From Candidatus Hadarchaeota archaeon (GTDB taxonomy: Archaea; CAYQAE01; CAYVLA01): a stretch of 27,240 bases of DNA. How positions within the stretch are numbered: position 1 is the first letter of the stretch; each line of letters begins with the position of its first letter. The notes below the pieces were generated by a model, which had not been told where the DNA came from, did not search any database, and was given only the letters and a program-made list of their open reading frames with translations. The position numbers and the translations under genes are program-made. Positions 1-7,707 of the stretch are shown here, piece after piece. The stretch covers positions 1 to 27,240 of the forward strand of contig CAYVLA010000039.1 of the NCBI GenBank assembly GCA_964452145.1, written 5' to 3'.

Positions 1-273
1 GACGTCGCGGCGCAGGCAAGGCCGCTCTACCTCCAGCTTCAATTCGAAGAGACCCTGGACGCCTATAGGAGGGTCGAGGAAGGCCTCGCGACGGTCGAGC
101 AGGAGGCAATCCGGCTCAAGGACAGGACGCTCCTCTGGGTCTACGTCATCGAATGGCTTGCCGTAACCGGGACCGCGATGGTCTGCGGCTTCTTCCTGTG
201 GTCGACCATGATCCGCCGGAGGCTGTATAGAGAAGTCGAAAGCACAAGGATGGAGCGTTTGGGCAGATCCTGA
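1..273 (+). CDS. 3' end of a membrane-anchored protein (partial; helical segment + C-terminal TM helix + basic tail)
   Basis: Frame +1 is open from the window edge to TGA 271-273: DVAAQARPLYLQLQFEETLDAYRRVEEGLATVEQEAIRLKDRTLLWVYVIEWLAVTGTAMVCGFFLWSTMIRRRLYREVESTRMERLGRS. A hydrophobic stretch is followed by RRR. Not in the ORF track because the start lies outside the window. Confidence 0.85.
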   Translation, partial: DVAAQARPLYLQLQFEETLDAYRRVEEGLATVEQEAIRLKDRTLLWVYVIEWLAVTGTAMVCGFFLWSTMIRRRLYREVESTRMERLGRS

Positions 274-353
274 GCAAGGGCGGAATCTAAGCAGGCACCG
301 GTGAATCGTTGATCGCCGGGGATTGCAGGCCGAGAGATGGGGGTCGTGGATTT

Positions 354-1451
354 CTAGGGACGGTAGCCCTTGACCAGCGATACGTAATGCCTGTAACTCT
401 CGAAGGATATGTCCGGCATGATCATGTCATCGACCGCGGGTATGTATCCCCCCTGCTCCACCAACTGCGGCACCTTTGAGCTGAACTCCTTCTCGACGGC
501 TTCCTTCCCTGACATCAAGGACTGTCGGCTGATGTTCCCGATCATCAGGAGTCGTTCGCCATAAGTTTCCCGCAGCTTCACCGCATCCATGCCCGCCGCG
601 CATTCAAGTGGCCAGAAAAGGTTGTATCCAGCCTTCAAGAAGAGCGGGATGAGCGGCTCGATGTTGCCGCTTGTGCACTCCGCGACGATCCTGACTCCGT
701 GGCTCCGAAAAAAATCCAGGACCTCCTTGACATAAGGCATGTAGAACTCCCTGTATATGGTTGGGGAAACCAGCGGGCCGTTTGCGTAGGCAAGCCCGTC
801 CTCCTCCACCGACACATAGTCCAGCTTCACCTGTTTCACTACCGGACGCGCCAGTTCGATGACGAAGTCCGCGTAGCTTCGGAATATGCCATGAATCAGA
901 TCGGGATCCCTGGCAATCATGCCGAGGAACCTCTCGACCCCCATGCCGTAGCCACCCTTCGGCCCTCGGCCGGGGCCCCACACGAATCCGAGGCCGACCG
1001 GTTTGTCCAGGTTGACAAGGTACTCCAGGAACTCCTCGCCCCAGCACTTGGGGTACCTCCGGATATCGTGCGGATCGTACCTGCGCTGCATTTCCTCCCA
1101 ATCCTCCCGGTTCTGGATGGGGAAAGCGGTATAACCATAGGACCGCATGGGCAGCTCCCTCGACCGCCTCTCCGTGTACCCGAAGCGGTTCACCCTTGTG
1201 ACATACCTCTGGCTGCTCTCCAAGGTCCTTTCGACGAAGCTCGGAATCGGTCCGAAGTCGATCTCCACGTTGCCGCGGTAGGGCTGCCTCATCTCGAATC
1301 CGAAGTAGTCATCCACATTCATGTTTGCGGGGAACCCCTGGCCGCACCAGAGCCGAATGGTCTCCTCCAGGAACCCCTCAAGATCGATGAGGGGGAGGCG
1401 GTCGGGCTGTTCGAAATCCATCATCCTCAGGAAACGTTCTCGCGTGTTCAC
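354..1451 (-). CDS. Uroporphyrinogen decarboxylase (URO-D/MtaA-CmuA) superfamily protein, function unknown
   Basis: 365 aa. N-terminal MNTRERF...PDRLP, EDGLAYANGPLVSP, GNIEPLIPLF, PLECAAGMD, GNIS and GGYIPAVD are typical of URO-D-like TIM barrels. GTG start. Confidence 0.85.
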   Translation of the reverse strand: MNTRERFLRMMDFEQPDRLPLIDLEGFLEETIRLWCGQGFPANMNVDDYFGFEMRQPYRGNVEIDFGPIPSFVERTLESSQRYVTRVNRFGYTERRSRELPMRSYGYTAFPIQNREDWEEMQRRYDPHDIRRYPKCWGEEFLEYLVNLDKPVGLGFVWGPGRGPKGGYGMGVERFLGMIARDPDLIHGIFRSYADFVIELARPVVKQVKLDYVSVEEDGLAYANGPLVSPTIYREFYMPYVKEVLDFFRSHGVRIVAECTSGNIEPLIPLFLKAGYNLFWPLECAAGMDAVKLRETYGERLLMIGNISRQSLMSGKEAVEKEFSSKVPQLVEQGGYIPAVDDMIMPDISFESYRHYVSLVKGYRP

Positions 1452-1591
1452 GCATCCACGACCGGGTCATCTTTGTTGGAGGGTCTCTCAGCTATTGATC
1501 GGGGCGACTGGGGGCAGGCCTTGCTCACCACGACCCATCTCTTGGATGAGAGAGGCACAAGAAACTTCCGGCAAGCTCTGCTCACCACAGG

Positions 1592-2284
1592 CTAGAGATC
1601 CTGCCTGACATCGAGGCGGATTATTCTGAAACAGTAACCGGGGTCGGCTCCGAGGGAGCCCCCCATGATGATCACCTTTCGGGACTCGGGAATGTCGAAG
1701 CGTGCAGAGCTGAGGCCGGCATCGTTCCAGCGCTCGGCAACCGCTCCCCAGGCGTCGCCCCTCACGTGCATGCCATACAGGTCCAGGGCCTTCATCCTGA
1801 CCGCCGTTCTCGGATACTCCCAGACGATGGGCTCGGCCTCTATCATCACGTACCCGTGGTACGAGCAGCCGCTACCGATGACGGACACGGCAACTATTGG
1901 CTCCTCTTCCGTTACGGTTATGGCCCCGTATGGTGGGATGTCCAGCTCAACCCCGTCGTTGTTGTATTCGCATCCCGTGCCCTCCCGGCCCAGCTCGACG
2001 GCGACGTTGGGGTAGTTGAAGGGAGCCCGGTAGGTGTGCGTCTTCACCGTGGCGACCTCTCGGATCTGCTTCTCGCCTCTCTCCAACACGCTCTTGACGG
2101 ATCGTTCCTCCGCGGTGTACTCTCCCAGCACCCTCCTCGGATTGTTCGGTATTCGCCAGCCCCAGCCTGTCCCGCCCAGGCCCCTGGGTGTGAACGTGGT
2201 CCTAACGACCTGCTCGGCATCGTAGGGCTGGTCGTATGCACCAACATCCTCGATGGTCCTCTTGAGTTTGTCCTTTCCAGACAT
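1592..2284 (-). CDS. Hypothetical protein (230 aa, beta-rich C-terminal half)
   Basis: ATG preceded by GGGGTG RBS-like sequence and an ATTTATTT box ~37 nt upstream. Protein-like composition. No family recognised. Confidence 0.75.
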   Translation of the reverse strand: MSGKDKLKRTIEDVGAYDQPYDAEQVVRTTFTPRGLGGTGWGWRIPNNPRRVLGEYTAEERSVKSVLERGEKQIREVATVKTHTYRAPFNYPNVAVELGREGTGCEYNNDGVELDIPPYGAITVTEEEPIVAVSVIGSGCSYHGYVMIEAEPIVWEYPRTAVRMKALDLYGMHVRGDAWGAVAERWNDAGLSSARFDIPESRKVIIMGGSLGADPGYCFRIIRLDVRQDL

Positions 2285-2318
2285 ATTCTGGACACCCCGA
2301 GGGCGTCGGTGAGATCAG

Positions 2319-2330
2319 GGAAATAAATGA
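2319..2330 (-). promoter_or_regulatory. TATA-box-like element for the 2284 gene
   Basis: Minus strand TCATTTATTTCC in a GC-rich background, ~35-45 nt before the ATG. Confidence 0.55.
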
Positions 2331-2341
2331 CTTGTCTCCAC

Positions 2342-2356
2342 GCCACGTCACGTGGC
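2342..2356. promoter_or_regulatory. Perfect 15-bp palindrome, candidate operator
   Basis: GCCACGT-C-ACGTGGC, just upstream of the TATA-like box in a divergent region. Confidence 0.35.
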
Positions 2357-2502
2357 CTATGGGCCGATCCGGCCATCCCAATCCGTCCTCTAGATCAGAT
2401 TGTCCAATGGCATCCGGCTCTCGGATGGAGACGGATCGAGATCCTAACTCCGGTTTCTCCAGGGACCGCGCGACCCTTCCTGGCCCAAGACTTATCCGCA
2501 AC

Positions 2503-2691
2503 ATGCCCTTTGAACTGGAACTTGACGTATTGATTCCCACGCTCGCGCTGGAGTCATTCTTAAGGAGATGGTCGAAGCAACAGCTCATCGAATCCATGAC
2601 CTGCCTAGGTGGTCTGCCCCGCAGACTCGAAGAACCCCTCAAAGCAATGGGAAACACGATCAGACAGATTGGAGGTATTCTGAGCGGATAG
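2503..2691 (+). CDS. Possible small protein (62 aa)
   Basis: MPFELELDVLIPTLALESFLRRWSKQQLIESMTCLGGLPRRLEEPLKAMGNTIRQIGGILSG is the plausible-looking C-terminal part of track ORF 2332..2691 and fills an otherwise empty gap. No RBS or recognised family. Confidence 0.3.
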   Translation: MPFELELDVLIPTLALESFLRRWSKQQLIESMTCLGGLPRRLEEPLKAMGNTIRQIGGILSG

Positions 2692-2787
2692 AATAGCTGG
2701 TGGAGAAGAGGCGGTCAGACTCCTCCGCCATCCATGAACGCAGACGCAGACTTCGACGCGAATCCAGAAACAGAATCGGGTGCAAAT

Positions 2788-4053
2788 ATGGAGAGAACAG
2801 GGAGTCCAAGGCCAACCAGACAACAGGCGATCTGGCAGGATCTGGAGATGCTAGGTTTCGTCCACTTCGGCATGAATACCTTCACCGATCGGGAGTGGGG
2901 AGAGGGAACGGAGGACCCCGGGCTCTTCGACCCCGAGGATCTGGACCCCCGCCAATGGGTGGAGGCATGCAAGCTTGCCGGGATGGGGATGCTTATCTTG
3001 ACGGCCAAGCATCATGATGGCTTCTGCCTCTGGCCGAGCAGGTACACAAAGCATTCCGTGAAGTTCAGCCCGTGGAGGCAAGGCAGGGGGGATGTTGTCA
3101 GAGAGGTCTCCGAGGCCTGCCGAAGTGATGGGCTGGGCTTTGGCCTCTACGTCTCTCCCTGGGATAGGCACGAAACGACGTACGGCACGCCGCGATACAA
3201 CAGATACTTCATCCGCCAGCTCCGTGAACTCCTCACGGAATACGGCACGATATCCGAGATCTGGTTCGATGGCGCCTGCGGTGAGGGCCCGAACGGAAAG
3301 AAGCAGGAATATGACTGGGGCGCATACTACGGGCTTGTCAGAAGGCTCCAGCCAGAAGCCCTTATCGCGATATGCGGCCCTGACATAAGATGGGTCGGTA
3401 ACGAGATGGGATTAGCCAGGGAAGATGAAGCCAGCACACAGGAAGTCCCTCTCGGGGACGATTCTGCGGTGAGGAGGCATCAGATCCTCTGGCAGCGTGG
3501 AAGGTCGGTATGGTGGCCCGCTGAATGCGATGTTTCCATCAGGCCCGGATGGTTCTACCATGCGAGCCAGGACGGGGAAGTGAAGACGCTTAGTCAGCTC
3601 ACGGAGATCTACTACGCCTCGGTGGGACGCAACTCCAACCTGCTGCTCAACATCCCTCCTGACACGCGGGGCCTGTTCAATGACAGTGACGTCTCCCGTC
3701 TAAGGGAGATGGGAAGGTGGGTGCGCGGCGTGTTCGGTCGCAGCATCGCCAGGACAAGCGGGGAGGGGACGAAGGTGGAGCTTTCCCTCCCCATATCATC
3801 AACCATCGATAATGTCGTGATCCAGGAGGATATCTCCAAGGGCGAAAGGATCAGGGAGTTCGTTGTTCAGGGTTTCAATGGGGGATGGAGAGATCTGGCC
3901 CGAGGATCGGTGGTGGGGCACAAGAGAATCCTGAGAATCGAGGAGACAGAGGTGGAGGCCATTCGGTTGGTCATTGGGAGGGCTGAGGGCAGACCCCAGA
4001 TCAGGACGCTGGCGATCCATTCATCCGGACAACTGGTCGGGAGAGGGGCATGA
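2788..4053 (+). CDS. Alpha-L-fucosidase, glycoside hydrolase family 29, with C-terminal F5/8-type-like beta-sandwich
   Basis: FVHFGMNTFTDREWG, LTAKHHDGFCLWPS, YVSPWD, EIWFDGA (nucleophile Asp), RWVGNE, PAECDVSIRPGWFYH, SVGRNSNLLLNIPP, IQEDISKGERI. Start moved from 2734 to ATG 2788 (GGGTG RBS). No signal peptide. Confidence 0.95.
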   Translation: MERTGSPRPTRQQAIWQDLEMLGFVHFGMNTFTDREWGEGTEDPGLFDPEDLDPRQWVEACKLAGMGMLILTAKHHDGFCLWPSRYTKHSVKFSPWRQGRGDVVREVSEACRSDGLGFGLYVSPWDRHETTYGTPRYNRYFIRQLRELLTEYGTISEIWFDGACGEGPNGKKQEYDWGAYYGLVRRLQPEALIAICGPDIRWVGNEMGLAREDEASTQEVPLGDDSAVRRHQILWQRGRSVWWPAECDVSIRPGWFYHASQDGEVKTLSQLTEIYYASVGRNSNLLLNIPPDTRGLFNDSDVSRLREMGRWVRGVFGRSIARTSGEGTKVELSLPISSTIDNVVIQEDISKGERIREFVVQGFNGGWRDLARGSVVGHKRILRIEETEVEAIRLVIGRAEGRPQIRTLAIHSSGQLVGRGA

Positions 4054-4300
4054 GGCTAGGGGCCACCTTTTCAAGAAGCGGGAGGGATCCCGCGCTGCGT
4101 GAGATACTGAGAGGCCTGCTGGGCATACCCGCCTTCCTGTAAAGTCCATCGAACGGGGTGATCAACGAGATCCGGGCATCGATCACCCAAACCTGAGGAG
4201 ACGGAGGCATCTTCCAGCCCGTCGGCGAGCTGCGCTGATCGTGGGAGGGCTACCATTATCTTCCGACAGTTCCTTTAGATCCGCCCGGTGGAGTGAAATC

Positions 4301-5719
4301 ATGCCTGCCCCGACGTATTCAGAGCCCGCCAGGAACATCCCCATCATAGGGGAATTTGAAGTCATCATCATCGGCGGGGGCCCCGCCGGCTGTGCGGCGG
4401 CGCTTGCCGCAGCACGTCACGGGGCACAGACCTTACTGATCGAGAGGGATGGTTGTCTCGGCGGAGCCGCGGTGTCCCAACTGGTCGCCACGATCCTGAG
4501 CACTAACGGGGTGGACTTCCAAGGAGTCTGGCACGAATTCATGTGGGCGATGAAGCGTCGGGGCGGGGTGCGGGAGCCGATCCGGCAGAGCAATGGTGAG
4601 ATACGCGGATCCATGGATCCTGAGATTGTGAAACATGTTTGGGATGAACTGCTGGGTAAGGAAGGAGTCCACGTGCTCCATCACACCCTCGCAGCCGGCG
4701 CAATGGTGAAAGATCACCTAATAAAAGGGGTGATCGTCGAGACCCCTGCGGGGAGAGGCGCAATATGTGGCCTGCGCGTAGTGGACTGCACCGGAGACGG
4801 CATGGTCTGTGCCCAGGCCGGCGTCTCCTGGGAACAGGGGGACGGGAGGCATAGATGGGCGATGGCCTCCACCACCATCTTCCGCATGGGCAACGTGATC
4901 GAGCCCCCGGGATTCCCCACCCCCGACGACGAGAAGAAGCTCGAAGAAGGGATGAAAAAGGCGTTGGAGAGCAACGAGTACTCAACACCCATCATACTGT
5001 CGGGTCGCGCAATGGCCTACGCCAAGAAATGGAGAGGGTGGACAGTGCCGCCACACAGGACCGAGACTACCCATGTTACGGGTCGGGTCCTCCAGGTCGA
5101 CCCTCTGGACCCCTGGGATCTGAGCCGGGCGGAGCGGGAGGGGCGAGAGCAGGCCTGGCAGGTCCAAGACTATTACCGCAGAACCTGTCCTGGCTACGAG
5201 AAGGCGTATCTGTTGGATACCTCGGCCCGCGCCGGCATCCGATCATCCCGCCGAATCCAGGGACTCGCGAGAGCGTGCAGAGAGGATGTTCTGGGCCTGC
5301 GAAAGTACGCCGACGGGATAGCCAGATGCTCCTGGAAGGTGGACATATGGCCGGCGGACAGCTACACGGCTCCACCCGACGCACACATGGACGAGGAGTG
5401 GCACTCCAGGATACGGAGTGGTGGCTATTTCGACATCCGATATGGTTGCATCGTGGCCAAGGAGATTGATAACCTTCTGGTGGCAGGGAGATGTCTCTCG
5501 GCCGATCATTGGGCCCAATCCTCGCTTCGCATACAACAGACTTGCCAGTCGACTGGCCAAGCGGCTGGGACAACGGCAGCTCTGAGCTTGGAGGAGGACA
5601 CGACTCCGCGCCAACTCGATGCGTTGACGGTCGTTGCCCAGCTGGACGAAGACCGTGCGGGAGTCGAGCCCGCCTTCGAGGTTCTCAGGCATCTTCCCGT
5701 GGAGAAGAGGCCCACCTGA
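4301..5719 (+). CDS. FAD-dependent oxidoreductase (FAD_oxidored/PF12831-like)
   Basis: VIIIGGGPAGCAAALAAARHGAQTLLIE Rossmann motif, [31 protein letters not shown]. Start moved to ATG 4301 after GGAGTGA RBS. Confidence 0.9.
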   Translation: MPAPTYSEPARNIPIIGEFEVIIIGGGPAGCAAALAAARHGAQTLLIERDGCLGGAAVSQLVATILSTNGVDFQGVWHEFMWAMKRRGGVREPIRQSNGEIRGSMDPEIVKHVWDELLGKEGVHVLHHTLAAGAMVKDHLIKGVIVETPAGRGAICGLRVVDCTGDGMVCAQAGVSWEQGDGRHRWAMASTTIFRMGNVIEPPGFPTPDDEKKLEEGMKKALESNEYSTPIILSGRAMAYAKKWRGWTVPPHRTETTHVTGRVLQVDPLDPWDLSRAEREGREQAWQVQDYYRRTCPGYEKAYLLDTSARAGIRSSRRIQGLARACREDVLGLRKYADGIARCSWKVDIWPADSYTAPPDAHMDEEWHSRIRSGGYFDIRYGCIVAKEIDNLLVAGRCLSADHWAQSSLRIQQTCQSTGQAAGTTAALSLEEDTTPRQLDALTVVAQLDEDRAGVEPAFEVLRHLPVEKRPT

Positions 5720-5810
5720 AGACGATTGAGGAAAGGCCATATGATGGCCGTTGAGTGGTACGTCCTCTCGGCCAAACGTCGCTTGCGTGACCTGCCCTAG
5801 AGCCCCAGAG

Positions 5811-5825
5811 ATAATCTTTTTCATA
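5811..5825 (+). promoter_or_regulatory. TATA-box-like element for the 5847 gene
   Basis: ATAATCTTTTTCATA 22-36 nt before ATG 5847. Confidence 0.5.
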
Positions 5826-5846
5826 GAGGCGGCGGAGCGAAGATCC

Positions 5847-7469
5847 ATGGATAGGTCCCTATTCCTCGCGCTGGCTGGACTCCTGCTGCTTGCCTGCTGC
5901 AGAGGCGAGATGCGGATTAATCGAGTCCCCCTCATGATTCTCTGCCAGCAGGCCGCAGACAACTCCTGGGAGGTCTGGTCCAAACGCCTGCTCGACAAAC
6001 CGTACGATCCCGGGAACTTCGCGTGGGGCCTCTCCTATGCCCACAGGGCGTTCATAGATCTCTACAACCTGACCGGGAACCCGATATGGCTCGAGAGAGC
6101 GATCCTGTGGGCCGACCATCTTCTTCAGTACTCCGATGTAAACGGCGACGGCGAGCCCGCCTGGGGCAATTACAACGCAACCTGGGGAACCAGCGACTAT
6201 GACTTTGTGGAATTCACGGTCCACGACGGTGTGATCTCGGTTCCGCTGCTGGAGCTCGTCCAGCTGATCCGCGGAAGACCTGAGCTTGCCTCGAATGCGA
6301 CCCTCAAGGAAAGGGCGGACTGGTATCTTGACCTGGTCAAGAGAGTCGTTGACAGGCACCACGCTTTCTGGACCGATGTGACGGAGGACTCCGGCTATTA
6401 CTGGAATGACCCAACCAGCGATGAACTGGTGATAGTCAACCGCTTCGCTGCCCTCGGAATTACGGAGCTCACGCTTTACGACATCCTGCAGGACCCCGTA
6501 TACCTCGACAAGCCACGGAGAATGGCGAGACTCATCAAGGATAATCTGAGATTCGACCATGGCGCCGACTGCTACGTATGGTCGTACGCCATCGGGGAGA
6601 CGACGGCCGAGGACATCTCGCACGGATCCATCGATCTTGAGTTCATGATTAGAGCCCACCAGCATTCCCTCGTCTTCGACGAGGCCGACATGGAACGCCT
6701 GGTCAACACCTACCAGAGGAAGATCTGGCAGGGGGTTAACATGTTCAAGACCGGGATAGCCCTGGCCATGAGGGTTGACGGAACGGTGGATCCCAATAAT
6801 GACTACACCCGCTTGGCGAGGAGCTGGCCTCGTCTCTGCCTACATGAACCCCGAATACTGGAACAGCACCGCACGGCCCTGGAGGTCTTCTCCCGGAAGT
6901 CCTTCCCCATGGACCGCGTGATGGCAGCCACGCTATCGCTGATGATTCGCATGGAGATCGCGCTCAGAGAGATGGGGATCGAGCCTGACTCCCTGATGGC
7001 CTTCGACCCTACGGAGGTTGTCAGCGAGATCGACAAGCTTAACGCATCAGTCGCATCCGCCGAGAAGGTGGGTGGTTCCGTGGGCGATCTAAGGACGCTG
7101 ACGGACGGCCTCTACGCATCCTACCTTGAGGCGATGGCCACCAACGTCTCGAGCCTTCTAGGGACGATCTGGAATGCCACCCGGGCAGCCCAAAGAGCAA
7201 GGGCCGAGGCCTACGTATTGGCGGCCGAACAGGCCGTAGAGGCTGCAAAGCAGGCAGGCATTGATACAAGTCGACACGAGCTATTCCTTGCGAGAGCCAA
7301 GATGTCCCTAGAGCAGGGCCTGTATGATTCAGCAGTCAGCATGAGTGGTTATCCCATCTCCCTCAGGGACCAGTTGGGCGAAGGCGCGATGATGTTTGCT
7401 CTGACGCTGGTCATTGCCTGGCCGGTCTATCGCCAGGCCCTGTACAGGTGCCGACTGGCCAAGGGCTGA
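5847..7469 (+). CDS. Secreted, C-terminally anchored alpha/alpha-toroid (six-hairpin glycosidase-like) protein
   Basis: Signal-like MDRSLFLALAGLLLLACC. Helical-hairpin motifs LYNLTGNPIWLERA and LYDILQDPVYLDK, a DVNGDG Ca-loop-like motif and EDISHG. C-terminal helical stalk, hydrophobic segment and basic tail. Start moved from 5751. Confidence 0.75.
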   Translation: MDRSLFLALAGLLLLACCRGEMRINRVPLMILCQQAADNSWEVWSKRLLDKPYDPGNFAWGLSYAHRAFIDLYNLTGNPIWLERAILWADHLLQYSDVNGDGEPAWGNYNATWGTSDYDFVEFTVHDGVISVPLLELVQLIRGRPELASNATLKERADWYLDLVKRVVDRHHAFWTDVTEDSGYYWNDPTSDELVIVNRFAALGITELTLYDILQDPVYLDKPRRMARLIKDNLRFDHGADCYVWSYAIGETTAEDISHGSIDLEFMIRAHQHSLVFDEADMERLVNTYQRKIWQGVNMFKTGIALAMRVDGTVDPNNDYTRLARSWPRLCLHEPRILEQHRTALEVFSRKSFPMDRVMAATLSLMIRMEIALREMGIEPDSLMAFDPTEVVSEIDKLNASVASAEKVGGSVGDLRTLTDGLYASYLEAMATNVSSLLGTIWNATRAAQRARAEAYVLAAEQAVEAAKQAGIDTSRHELFLARAKMSLEQGLYDSAVSMSGYPISLRDQLGEGAMMFALTLVIAWPVYRQALYRCRLAKG

Positions 7470-7707
7470 GGATCTGGAATCCTCTGGGGGCTTGGCGCGC
7501 AGGAGGCCCCATGCCGTACAAAGACCCGATAACAACGGCATGGTCCACACACCCCCCGAACCTTTCGACCTCCCAATCCATCAATCATTCAGCCCAGGGC
7601 TCGGTGCCAACGATACGTTTTCAAGTCGAGCGTTCTTTCACAACAGTCCACGAACAGGATGATCGTGTCGTTGACACGTGCTTGGGCATTCTTCGGGAGG
7701 ATTCGGT

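Noticed and set aside
354..1451. hemE (true uroporphyrinogen decarboxylase)
   Set aside because: Lacks the N-terminal PxWxMRQAGR motif, and no tetrapyrrole genes are nearby.
699..1595. Long antisense or alternate-frame ORFs (699..1595, 5243..5998, 5859..6665, 9469..10164, 15474..16238 and others)
   Set aside because: They shadow well-supported genes and have Arg/Pro/Ser-rich or antisense-typical composition, as expected at high GC.
5735..5749. GGCCAT-ATG-ATGGCC hairpin after the FAD oxidoreductase (also CATCCG/CGGATG at 2411-2427)
   Set aside because: Six-bp stems without U-tracts are expected by chance; not called as terminators.
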